A stretch of 64,000 nt of DNA from Mobula hypostoma. Lineage: Eukaryota. The position numbers and the translations under genes were made by a program. Under the pieces are notes generated by a model, which saw nothing but the letters and a program-made list of their open reading frames with translations, did no database searches and was not told the DNA's origin. The first letter of the stretch is position 1. The number at the start of each line of letters is the position of its first letter. Shown piece by piece: positions 51,149-62,549 of this stretch. The DNA lies in assembly GCF_963921235.1 (NCBI RefSeq), contig NC_086118.1:27344001-27408000 (forward strand). Direction: 5' to 3'.

Positions 51149-52993
51149 TGTCATGGTCTGGATCGGGGTCCCTTTAAATTTACCTTGTTTATGTTACGAT
51201 CCAGACCGTTGATTCCCTGTTTTCCTGTGTCCCTCGGCTTTGGTGATTAGAGGCAATTAATGCTCAGCTGAACCGGTAGTTTATAGTCTCCGGCTTTCAG
51301 CCGTTTGGCGTGGGAGCGTCTGCAAAGTCAACAAAGGTACGGTGTGCCGATGTCATCTGGCCGGAGCAAGCCTAGCCTCTGCCAAAGTGAGTGCCGGTAA
51401 TTCGCCCTTCCTCACCGGAGCAACCCTGTCCAGTTACCTCACCGAAGCGAGCCTGCAAAGTTTCCTCACCGAGGTGGGTCCGTCAGTTAACCCACTGAAG
51501 AGAATCAGGAGCTGCTGCCTACTGTTCCCGGGTCGAGTCGAGAGCTTGCCACTACCCGGAGGTTCCAAGTACCACGTCCTGGCTCCAGCTCCAGCGGCAT
51601 CCAAGTACCAAGTCAAGTCCTGTCCCTGGGGGGCATTCAAATACCAAGTCAAGTCCTGGCCCTGGAGGCATTCAAGTACCAAGTCAAGTCCTATCCCTGG
51701 CAGCATTCAAGTACCAAGTCAAGTCCTGTCCCTGGGGGCATTCAAGTACCAAGTCAAGTCCTGGTCCTGGAGGCATTCAAGTACCAAGTCAAGTCCTAGC
51801 CCTGGCGGCATTCAAGTACTAAGTCAAGTCCTGGCCCTGGCGGCATTCAAGTCCCAAGTACTAAGTCAAGTCCTGGCCCTGGCGGCATTCAAGTCCCAAG
51901 TACTAAGTCAAGTCCTGGCCCTGGCGGCATTCAAGTCCCAAGTACTAAGTCAAGTCCTGTCCCTGGCGGCATTCAAGTACCAAGTCAAGTCCTCGTCCTG
52001 GAGGCATTCAAGTACCAAGTACTAAGTCAAGTCCTAGCCCTGGCGGCATTCAAGTACTAAGTCAAGTCCTGGCCCTGGCGGCATTCAAGTACCAAGTCAA
52101 GTCCTGTCCCTGGCGGCATTCAAGTACTAAGTCAAGTCCTGGCCCTGGCGGCATTCAAGTACTAAGTCAAGTTCTGGCCCTGGCGGCATTCAAGTACCAA
52201 GTTAAGTCCCGGCCCTGGTGGCTTCCCAGTTCCGAGTCGAGTCCTGGCCCTGGCGGTCTGTGATTCCTGTCCTATCCCCTCTCTGCCCCTCTCGCCTCTA
52301 GCCCTCGTCTGCAGCCCTCGCCTGCACTTCGTCTAGTTCTATCGCCGGAGCTAGATAGGTACTGTCTGGTATTCCTTCGTGTTGGTCTTGTCTTGTCTTG
52401 TCTTGTTCTCACCTCCGCGGGGTAAGTCAGGCCGTCTTGCCGTGGCCCCATGGGGAGTCATGTCTTGTCCTCGCCTCCGTGGGGTAAGTTAGGCTGTCTT
52501 GCTGTTGCCCTGCGGGGGTTCATGAGTCCCGGCCCTATGTCCTGTACCCAAGGAGCGGTCCCGGTTCTCTGTTCTGTGTGTGAGTCCCGGCCCTATGTCC
52601 TGTACCCAAGGAGGGGTCCCGACTCTGTGATCTGTGTATGTGTCCATGGTTCCATGTACCTGCTCTCCCGAGACTGAGGCTCTGTTTTCCATGTTCCTCC
52701 TCTCCATAGCCCATGTCATGTCCATGCCTGGTTCTGGGGTCTGAGCCCGAGGCAAGACCCAGATACTGGGTCCCTGCCCAGTCTCGGGCTCGGAGTCCAT
52801 ACCCTAGCCTCTTCATGTCTCCTCTAGTTCTGGGAGCCGATTCCGAGTCCTAGCCCAGACCCTTGGTCCCAGCCCAGTCGTAGTCTTCAGTCCACTATTC
52901 CTACTCCTGCCTTGCTCCCCTGGTATCAAACGATAAACTAAATCTAATTAACCTCACAAGATGTGTCTTGTATGTGTCCCCGCCATTGTGACA
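51149..52993 (+). mobile_element. Long solo LTR (1.8 kb, Gypsy-like) with a minisatellite
   Basis: TGTCA...TGACA ends; exact 5-bp TSD GGGTG (51144-51148 and 52994-52998). Confidence 0.8.
51590..52255. repeat. Minisatellite with a 35-bp unit (42-bp variants), roughly 17-18 copies
   Basis: Head-to-tail GCATTCAAGTA(C/CT)AAGTCAAGTCCTGGCCCTGGCG with no unique spacers. Confidence 0.9.
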
Positions 52994-53549
52994 GGGTGTT
53001 ACCATAGCCAGTTTGCTTGTAATATGGTGGGACGTCTGTGAGGGTTTTGTTAAAGCCTGTAGGCCTTGACATTTGAGGGGTGGAATGTATTGTAAAGAGT
53101 TCATCTTTGTGCTTGTTGAATGCCCCACCACTGCTGTGGCCTTTAATGTAACAGAATTTTGATTACTACCATGGGAATATAACTGTGACAATGTAATATT
53201 ACAGTGGGACCAGCCATGGAACATGAGAGTTAGGTGAAGACAGTTAGGATGGGAATTGTGAAGAGTTGTGAAAGTTATGATTGCTTCTGATTTTGTGATT
53301 TGAGATGGTGCTAGTGTATTGCTCCATTTACTGCAGTATTTCACATCAGTGAAAAAATTGGGTATAAAAGTACAGTGGTCTGGGGGTTTGGGAGTAGTTT
53401 TTTGGGGTCTCACCGACTGGCTTGTTGTGAACAATACCGTGGTTAGAGTGAGAGGTGTGCTGCAGTGAGAATGGCCCACACACAACTAGGTAAGTGCTTT
53501 AACTAGGTATTTTAATTAGCATAAACATCGATTTCTCCTTCTGGTAAAA

Positions 53550-53925
53550 TATAAGACCACAAGATATAGGAGTAGTAGGCCATTTGGCCTATCGAGTCTG
53601 CTCTGTCATTTCATCATGGCTGATCCATTTTCCCTCTCAGCCCCAATCTCCTGCCTTCTCTCCATATCCTTTCATGCCCTGACTAATCAAGAATCTTTCA
53701 GCTTCTGCTTTAAGTAGACCTAAAGTCTTGGCCTACACAGCCATCTGTGACTATGAATTGCACAGATTCACCTCTCTCTGGCTAAAGAAATTCCTTCTCA
53801 TCTCCGTTCTAAAATGATGTTTCTCTATTCTGAGGCTGTGCCTTTTGGTCTTAAATCCACCCCCCCCCCAACCATAGGAAACAATCTCTCCACATCCACA
53901 ACATTGAAGCCTTTTAACATCCGAT
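53550..53925 (-). mobile_element. CR1 3' end remnant
   Basis: Similar to 17860-18200 (GTAGGCCATT..CATGGCTGATC..TCCTGCCTTCTC). Confidence 0.7.
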
Positions 53926-54631
53926 GAAAATTACTGGATTTTTATAAAAATCCCATTCAGTTCACTAATGCCCTGCTGTGTGGGAATCTGTATCTTTATT
54001 AGATCTTTGCCAATATTTGATTCCATATCAATAGTCATGTGATTAAATCTCAAATACCTTTCAAACAGCTTGGTAGGTAATCAATTCAATTTAAGTTTAA
54101 TTGTCACTCAACCATGCATGAATACCCATGTATACGGCCAAATGAGACAGCATTCCTCTGGGGCCAAGATGCAGAACACAGTACCTACAGACACACGGCA
54201 CAAAGCATACATAGCATGTACAAGGTAGTAAACGCATAAAGATTTCAGTAGGATACAGCCGCACAATAAGAAGTCTAGACTCAAGCCACAACAGAGCTGG
54301 TCATTTGCTGAGCGAACATTGGAGGGCAGCAATGACCCCTGCCTGGTTGCGGCACCACACCACCCCTGGTGGAGTGCACTGGCTCCGAAGCCTCTCTCCT
54401 GGCGTCTGTGAACAGGCAACAGCAAGGCTTGAGGCCTAGTCCTTGCACGTAGAAGATAACAAGCACATATAGGATATGAGTAAGGTAAAACCATACAAAA
54501 AAAAATAGTCCAGACTCTGAGTCCATCAACACCATGAAAGTTTGCAGTCAGCCATAAATCTGCTCTTTTATCTTATCTCTTTTGGTTTCAGATCTTAGCA
54601 AAGTTCTGACCTTCATTTCCCAGTTTCAACA

Positions 54632-55179
54632 CAGACATCCCACCCTGCAAAAACTCCATTTCAGGGAGGTAGCATCCTCAATTTGCCAGAGATTTCCAGG
54701 AGAGGTGGGATGTCTGCAATAGCGTAGCTCCTTAGCAGCCAGCCAGCTAGTTTAAATAACGTTAGCTATGCTAATGAATGAATGACACCTGTTAAACTCA
54801 CCTCAACACGTCTTTTACATTTTAACCTACCATGGGCAATAGAAAAGTCACTGTTTCAAACAGCGCAGTGAGCAACACTGTCATTATTTTTGACCCCTAT
54901 TAGGCAGGGGTACACTTTAGGGTAGTCTGAGGTGACGTACATTTTATATTTTCTTTTTTTGGAACACTCTCCCATGGCGTGCTCTCGCTCTCTCTCTCTC
55001 TCGCTCGCGCGCTCTTGCTCTCTCTCTTTCGCTTGCTTGCTCGCACTCTCTCTCTTTCTCTCGCTCACTCGTTCTCAAAAAATTGATTTTTGTGATATTG
55101 TATATAATTTACGGGCATCACGGAGCCACTATTAATATGCGGGAAGCTCCCGGAACTTCCGGGAGAGGTGGGATGTCTG
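54632..55179. mobile_element. MITE with 13-bp TIRs and a 6-bp TSD
   Basis: CAGACATCCCACC and GGTGGGATGTCTG; TSD TCAACA (54626-54631 and 55180-55185); an extra internal right end at about 54701-54717. Confidence 0.8.
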
Positions 55180-58100
55180 TCAACATGTTCTTTCATTTGT
55201 TTTTCCTCTCTATAACTTCTGCATTAGTCTATCAGTTGGATGGTTCCATAAACAAAGGATACATAGCTTCCTCCAATTGCACATTTAGATTGTCTACATG
55301 GAGATTGAAAGAAAATGGGCCATTTCAACTATCACGCACTGAGATCCTGGCTGCTTATTGACTTAATTCTATATATGGTACATGCTCTTTCCCAATAAGC
55401 CTTAATTCTTCTAAAATATTAATCTTATTTTTAACATTGGACAGTATGGAAGCACAACTGTTTGCAGAGAGGGCTATAAAATGCATAAAATTTTTAAAAA
55501 ATGATAAGGTTTTCTTATTTTTTTGTATTCAGTATCACAATGTTGCTAATAGCTTCTCATTTTCACTCTTGTGTTGTTCTTTTATTTACAAACACTTTGT
55601 AAACGTAATTAGTGCTGCAATCCTTCCAGAATTTACCTCTTACATTAATAATTACTCTTATTTTTTTGATGCATGTGAGTTAAACAAATGTTCCAGATTT
55701 TTAGTGGAATTTATAAAAGCTCATCTGATTTCCTTCTGAGGGAATCAAAGTTAGAAATGCAGTTTTGTTTCATTTTCAAGAAAGCATTGGTAAATTGGAA
55801 TTTGCTAGCACATAAAACCGAGCACTATTGGATTTTTGTAGCAGATTTTTGGCTGGAAGGAACATTTGTGGTGTTCTTGTGGTAGCAGGTTGTCACAAGC
55901 TCTGGTGTTGATGATGGATTAGCACTGCAAATGCTGTGGGGTTTTATCACCTCACCAATAATTAGAAAACGTTCTGTTAGTTGTTTCAACTAAATAGACA
56001 GAATTAATGAATTTATTTAGCATATTATTTAAATGATGAACTGTGAAAGAGCTCCCCAACCACCCATCTTTTAAAATCTCCCCAGAATCCATGGGGAAAA
56101 GGAACATGAAACCTTGTTCCTTTCCAACCAATATCTAGTTTGCCTTCAAAAGTTTTCTTTTGGAACGAGTAATCTGGTGACAGCGATGGGTGCAATTGAC
56201 TGTAGATGTGATGCTTTGTTGCTGGTTTCTGATGACATACAAAGTTGTACCGGAAAGGAGACATGCTACTCTTATTGTGCATGACTGGTCTCCTGACAGA
56301 AATCATGAAGCCTTTTTCATGGCTGTCTGTGAGTGTATCTGCTACCACAACAAATGAAAGGACCATTTGTGGGTGAGAAAGGCCACTCTGAGGATGCACT
56401 GAAATATTCAGCAGAATGGGTCTTAATCTAGGCTGCGTAGCATGTTGTATTATCTCACTACCATGACCGGCATGCCAATGAATAGCTGATGAGGAAGAGG
56501 ATGGGAAGAATAATAATGAGGAGGAGTAATGCAGAGGAATACAAAATGAGAGGAGGATGAAGAATATGATCAATATTGGCTCCTGTCCATTAATAATTTT
56601 CCCATCCAAATGATGATGGATGTTTTCTGCAAACCAACATGAAATTTATCTTGTCCCTGTCTCCTGTGTAACTCAACATCATCATCATTACTTGCCGTGT
56701 TGTATGACGTAGGTGATCATGGCCTCATGACCATGATTGCTCTTGGCAAATTTTTCTGCAGAAGTGGTTTGCCGTTGCCTTCTGGGTAGCATCTTTACAA
56801 GATAGGTGACCTCAGCCATTATCAATCTTGTCTGCCTGGTGTCAGTGGTCGCGTAACCAGGACTTGTGATATAAGCTGCTCATACGACCATTCTCCACTT
56901 GCTCCCATGGTTTCACATGACCCTGATCATGGAGCTAAGCAGATGCTACATCTTGCCCAAAGGTGCCCACAGGTGACCTGCAGGCTACAGGAGAGATGTC
57001 CCTCCACCTTGCCATCCAGTGTAACTAACAACCTGTATTTAATATAAACCCAGTGTCATGATACACCTTACTTTACAGACAGACCTGGATACTATTTTTA
57101 GCAGCAAATGTTGTGCCAAAAATACTGGTGATGCTCTGCTGAATCTATATGGTCACCTCAGGATCTCATGTTTAACATTTAAAATTATATACCATATAAG
57201 TTATAATAGAAGAAAACTCTTTTTTCTCCTACTCCTCACAATTTCAATTTGAATTCTATTTCCTCCAGCAGTGCAGTCAATGCCAGTACTATTGAACATA
57301 GTGCATTCATTTAAGATGTACATGATCTGATCTTTATCAGCAGCACTTGACCTTTCAAGGTAAAATAAAACCTCCAAGAAAAGCTCCAGCTGACTTGACA
57401 GCTAACTGCTGTACTAACGTGGAGTGGAACTAAATTATTTCAAGGTTAATCAATGCTAACTTACAGTATTAATATAATTACCCTCATCAACATTAGGTCA
57501 ATTATAAAACAGTACTGCAAAGGAACTGGTCCTGTGGTCCTCAATGCCTGCACTGACCATGGTGCCAGTCTAAACTAAGCCCATCTGTCTGAGCAAGATC
57601 CATATCCCTTGATTCCCTGCCTACTCATGTGTCTGCCTGAAAGCAGATTAAACGTTGCTACAGTATCTGCTTCAACCACTACTCCTGGCAGCGTGTTCCA
57701 GACACCCACACCCCTCAGTGTAAAAAAAATAATCTCGTCTCACAAATCTCCTGCAAAGTACCCACAACCCTCATCTTAAAGCTATCGAGCATGTGATCTT
57801 TCTGTGCTGGAGAAAGACAATCTATCTTACATTATCTATGCCTCTCTTCATTTTACATCCTTCCACCAGGTCACCCCTTCATCTCCCATGCTCCTGCAAA
57901 ATCAATCTCCTTATAGCAAATACTCTCCAATCCAGGCAACATCATGGCGAACCTCTTCTGCACCGTCTCCAAAGTTTCATGTCTTTCCTACAATTTGATG
58001 ACCAGAACTATTACAATAAATGGGATTAGTGCAGATAGGTACAATGTGTACCATAGGCAGAAGTGGCCAAATGGTCTGTTCTGTGCTCTTCAACTCACAA

Positions 58101-58909
58101 ACAAAGTAAAGAATAATTATGTCACAGATACTGAAGCAATTAGTGTAATGCAAAACATCTGCAAATATTAGATTTTTGGAATTCATTGGCCAATTTTATT
58201 CAAAATTTATTTTTGCTTTAGTGCATCCTTATGTTTAGTAAATGCACAAAATTACTGCCACACTGATTCAGAGATACAGGGAACATTCTTTACTTTATAT
58301 TACTCATGATCAAAGTATGTGTCAATGTGAGTAGCATAATTATCAGATGGGTGGATATCAGAGACCTTTTCTCCCCAGGCGAATTGTCAAACACAAAAAG
58401 AAAACGGTTTAAGGTAAGAGGGAAGTTTAAAGGAGATTTGTGAGATATGTTTTTTAACACAGTGCAGTAGGTGTCTGAAACGTCTGCCTGGGGAGGTAGT
58501 GGACACAGATACAATAGTACTCTTTAAGAGGCATTTAGATCGGTACATCTATAGGCAGAAGGCCACTTGCTGTTAGCCAGGGTGCAGTGCAGCTGGAGCT
58601 CACCGACGCGCTGCCCTGGCACCTCTGTAAAAAAAAGTCAAAATAAACAAGCGGGGAATTTAACAGCGGCCGCATATTAAATAGAGGGAATTTTACTGAA
58701 GCAGGGGTTGGGGAGAGGGGGTGGTGGCTGGTGGGGAAAATACCACTAATAACATTAGGATATTTGATCGTTTTTGGTGAAATCCTGGAGCTGTGACTGT
58801 TTTGTGAAATTCCTCCTCGCTCGACCCGTTGTCCCAGCAAACCCTGCTGTAGCCTCCTGCTATTTCACCGATCCGCAGTCTCTCTCCAGCACTCGTTGTT
58901 TGAGGATTG

Positions 58910-59310
58910 TTCGCTGAGAAAATAAAAACATTAGATCTTTTGAAAAGTGGCGTGTCACTTGCCGAAGTGGGCTGTAAGGTCGGGAAGAATGAATCGAGCA
59001 TTCGCACAATAAAGAAGAAAGAAGCTGAAGTTCATGGAAGTGTTAGTGCTACCCCTACAACAGCAAAAATGGTCTCTCTGGTTCGTGATAAAGTGCTTGA
59101 AAAGTCTGAGAAAGCATTGAGTGTGTGGCTAGAGGACATGTCACAGAAGTATATCCCTGTTGATGGCAAAATGGCGTGAAAAAGCACTTCGTCTCTATGA
59201 GCACTACTGTGAGGGGTTCAGGAGAGCGAGAGGAAGGAGATTAAGGCTAGTAAGGGATGGCTGGCTAGCTATGTAAAGCACTACAACCTCCAGAACTTAA
59301 AGATCATAGG
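58910..59310 (+). pseudogene. Tigger/pogo transposase N-terminal fragment (HTH_psq plus CENP-B-type HTH)
   Basis: EKIKTLDLLKSG.S.AEVG..VGKNESSIRTIKK...EKALSVWLED...KASKGWL..Y...YNLQNLKIIG; disrupted near 59175. Confidence 0.85.
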
Positions 59311-59537
59311 AGTATCCTATTATGGAGCCGATCGAAGTACCCACTTGAAGTCTTTCAGAAAAAAAATTGTTGATCACAAACTATCAAAAGCTCACACTGC
59401 TGCTCTAAGTGTTGAAAATATAGCTAGTGAAGATGCTGTTGGAAAATTATGTGGACACCATGAATGCTTCACATTTAAAGGCAACTTGTTCAATTTTTCC
59501 TTTTGCATATTATTTAGCTGAGAATGACAGACCATAC

Positions 59538-60171
59538 AATAGACAATAGACAATAGACAATAGGTGCAGGAGTAGGCCATTTGGCCCTTTGAGCCAGCAC
59601 CGCCATTCACTGTGATCATGGCTGATCATCCACTATCAGTATCCAGTTCCTGCCTTATCCCCATAACCTTTGATTCCACTATCTTTAAGAGCTCTATCCA
59701 TCTCTTTTTTGAAAGCATCCAGAGAGTTGGCCTCCACAGCCTTCTGGGGCAGAGCATTCCATATATCCACCACTCTCTGGGTGAAAAAGTTTTTCCTCAA
59801 CTCTGTTCTAAATGGCCTACCCCTAATTCTTAAACTGTGGCCTCTGGTTCTGGACTCACCCATCAGCGGGAACATGCTTCCTGCCTGCAGCGTGTCCAAT
59901 CCCTTGATAATCTTATATGTTTCAATAAGATCCCCTCTCAGCCTTCTAAATTCCAGTGTATACAAGCCCAGTCGCTCCAATCTTTCGACATATGACAGTC
60001 CCGCCATCCCAGGAATTAACCTTGTGAACCTACGCTGCACTCCCTCAATAGCAAGAATGTCCTTCCTCAAATTTGGAGACCAAAACTGTTCACAATACTC
60101 CAGGTGTGGTCTCACCAGGGCCCTGTACAGCTGCAGAAGGACCTCTTTGCTCTTATACTCAATTATGCTCT
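59538..60171 (-). mobile_element. 5'-truncated CR1 (family A) inserted in the hAT transposase
   Basis: Near-identical to 17845-18460; (CAATAGA)n tail; CATAC duplicated at 59533-59537 and 60172-60176. Confidence 0.92.
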
Positions 60172-60726
60172 CATACTCTGATCACTTTGGCTTATTGGAA
60201 CTTTAAAAAAGGTATTGACGTTGGAATTGGACTGCATTCCCGCACTAGTGCTACAGAGATAATTAATCACATAGCCATTAATATGAAAAAGAAAATTTGC
60301 CAGCATATCAAGCAGATACATGGCAAATTTTCTGTTCTTATTGATGAATCAACAAGCCCGAGCACTAAGACCGCCCTAATAGTTTATTTGAAATGTGAAA
60401 GTGATAAGGAACGTGATCCCCATTTTATGTTTTTAGATCTAATTGAACTGCCTGATCAGAAAGCTGCAATTATTGCTAAGCATCTATTGGACAGTCTCAA
60501 TAACCATGGGTTTGATAACTCTTATTTGAAACAGAACCTAAGAGCATTTGCTAGTGATGGGGCGAGCATAATACTTGGTGTCAAATCTGGTTTTGCTACA
60601 ATTCTCAAGGAACATTATCCTGATGTGATAATTTGGCACTGTCTTAATCACAGATTAGAACTTGCAGTAACACTCACAACATGCTGGAGGAACTCAGCAG
60701 GTCGGTCAGCATCCGTGGAAATGATG

Positions 60727-60762
60727 AGTCGACGTTTCGGGTCGGATCCCTTCGTCAGGACT
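60727..60762 (-). ncRNA. Minimal hammerhead ribozyme, second PLE family
   Basis: Minus strand reads AGTC CTGACGA A GGG ATCCGA CCC GAAA C GTC GACT. Confidence 0.82.
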
Positions 60763-60836
60763 GAAGAAAGAAGGGGCAGAGGCCGTATAAAGAAGGTGGG
60801 GGTTCCTGACGAAGGTTCTCGGCCTGACGAAGGTGC

Positions 60837-60872
60837 AGTCCTGACGAAGGGTCTCGGCCTGAAACGTCGACT
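60837..60872 (+). ncRNA. Minimal hammerhead ribozyme, preceded by two partial CTGACGAAGG copies
   Basis: AGTC CTGACGA AGG GTCTCGG CCT GAAA C GTC GACT. Confidence 0.85.
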
Positions 60873-62458
60873 GTACCTCTTCCCAGAGATGCTGCCTGGC
60901 CTGCTGCGTTCACCAGTAACTTTGATGTGTGTTGCTTGAATTTCCAGCATCTGCAGAATTCCTGTTATCTGCAGATTATTTTGTGTTTAGAACTTGCAGT
61001 AGGTGATTCGGTGAGAGAAGTTTATGGAATAAATCATTTTCAATCATTTATGGACAAATTTTACTCTGTTTACTGTAGATCACCTCTAAGTCAAAAGGAA
61101 CTGTCTGAATATGCCTCTCAACTAGAACAACAAATTTGCAAAATAGGCCGTGTTCTGGGCACCAGGTGGGTAGCTAACTCATTTCGAACAGTTTCAGCAG
61201 TGTGGCAAGATTATGAAGCACTGTGTTTTCATTTTGAAAAAGCAACGAAGGATGAAACAAGATCTGGGAGTGACAGAAAAATCTATGAAGGTCTGTTGAA
61301 AAGACTTCCTTCAGAACAGTTTCTATTGGACTTAGCTCTAATGTCTGACACGTTGTATGAACTTGGTTTACTGTCAGAGTGTTTACAGAAACGCACTACT
61401 ACGATTGTTTATGCAGACAAACTAATCCAACTCAGCATAACATCACTGCATGGACTGAAAGAGCAACCTGGTACAAAAACTCTAGAAGCTCAAGAGGCAG
61501 TTGAAAAGGGGAAGTTTGGAGAAATTACCTTAACAAGCAACAACAAAATTGCCTTCATTAATTATCTACAGTTTCTTACTAGTCTTATAAACAATTTGCA
61601 GCACCGTATGTTCACAGCAACACCCTTGAAAGGTTCTCAAACTTCTAAACCTCAAAGTATGTATAAATCCATGCTAAATAAAATGTGTGTCCTTGATAAA
61701 GATAACTGGCCTGCTGAAATACCACCTAATTATGGTGAATCTATAATATCGTGTCTCTGTAAGAGGTTTAAGCTTTCTTCGTCCTCTGTAATAAATGCCT
61801 TCAGAGATTATGCGGAGGACTGTGGACGCCGCATTCCCTAAGATTTACGCCCATTACTGAGCTGTTCACAAGTTATTCCTATTAGTACTGCTGAGTGTGA
61901 AAGAGGATTCAGTCATATGAGCTTGATAACAACAACAACACGTTCAAGAATTCTCATAAACCATGTATCAGCACTTATGTTTGTTAAACTACACGGATCT
62001 CCTCTAGTTCAGTGGAATCCTGAGGCATATGTCACATCATGGCTGCAGTACCACAGATCAGCAGATGACACCAGGACAAGAGTTGCTTCAGACCCCTGAA
62101 CACATATTACGCCTGATCCTTTGTGGAAATTATTGTGAAACTTCTCATTGGTGGCATTTGGTAAGTAGGTAATTACTTTTAAATTGGTAAAATACATGAT
62201 TACTGTCTTTTTCTTTACTTGCTTGATAAATATATTTTATGATAATTAGCAACTGCAACTGTGCAATACTTTGTCATATTATTAAATTAAGTATTCTATG
62301 TTTTATTGTACCAGCTATACACTGAAATATAGTGAAAGGCTATAATCTTGTTAATGTCTTAACTATCATTATATTTCTATGGAGCTCTGGAATTCATATA
62401 TTTCTTTCATCCTGGTTTAGTGCTTGACATTATAAGAAGCCCTATTCATATATATATA

Positions 62459-62549
62459 TGTCACACCCAATTTGTGTAACTGCTAATTACATGAATGGGG
62501 CAAGTTGCCCAGTACATGAAATGAGCAGGTACACAAATTGGGTGTGACA
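62459..62549. mobile_element. 91-bp hairpin MITE in a TA repeat
   Basis: TIRs TGTCACACCCAATTTGTGTAACTGCT and AGCAGGTACACAAATTGGGTGTGACA (25 of 26 match); TATA on both sides. Confidence 0.85.

Larger units (their letters stand above)
47520..53527 (+). mobile_element. Old LTR retrotransposon with two diverged LTRs (47520-47936 and 53086-~53527), PBS and PPT, hosting three younger insertions
   Basis: The LTRs align (TGTA(C/T)TGTAAA...AATGTAACAGAA...GAGATGGTGCT...GGGAGTAGTTTTT); PBS-like TGGCATAGTCGGCA at 47940 (tRNA-Ser-like); purine tract GAGGGGTGGAA at 53075-53085; no intact gag or pol. Confidence 0.7.
60670..60986. mobile_element. Non-coding PLE-derived insertion made of opposed pLTRs from two families
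   Basis: Exact 15-bp TSD TTAGAACTTGCAGTA (60655-60669 and 60987-61001); removing it restores HRLELAV-GDSVREV. Confidence 0.9.
59311..62099 (+). pseudogene. hAT transposase, KIAA1586/ZNF862-like, split by CR1 and PLE insertions
   Basis: AYYLAENDRPY|SDH, LHSRTSA, SVLIDEST, FASDGASIILG, HCLNHRLELAV, TRW and PISTAECERGFS motifs. Confidence 0.9.

Noticed and set aside
51590..52255. CRISPR-like array of ~35-bp repeats
   Set aside because: The units are contiguous with no unique spacers, there are no cas genes, and the array lies inside a vertebrate LTR. It is a minisatellite.
56025..56609. 194-aa minus-strand ORF
   Set aside because: Non-ATG start, low-complexity Ser/Phe/Leu composition and no motif.
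60073..61841. Domesticated host gene KIAA1586/ZNF862
   Set aside because: It has stops, frameshifts, two retroelement insertions and flanking TIRs, so it is a dead transposon copy; no gene symbol assigned.
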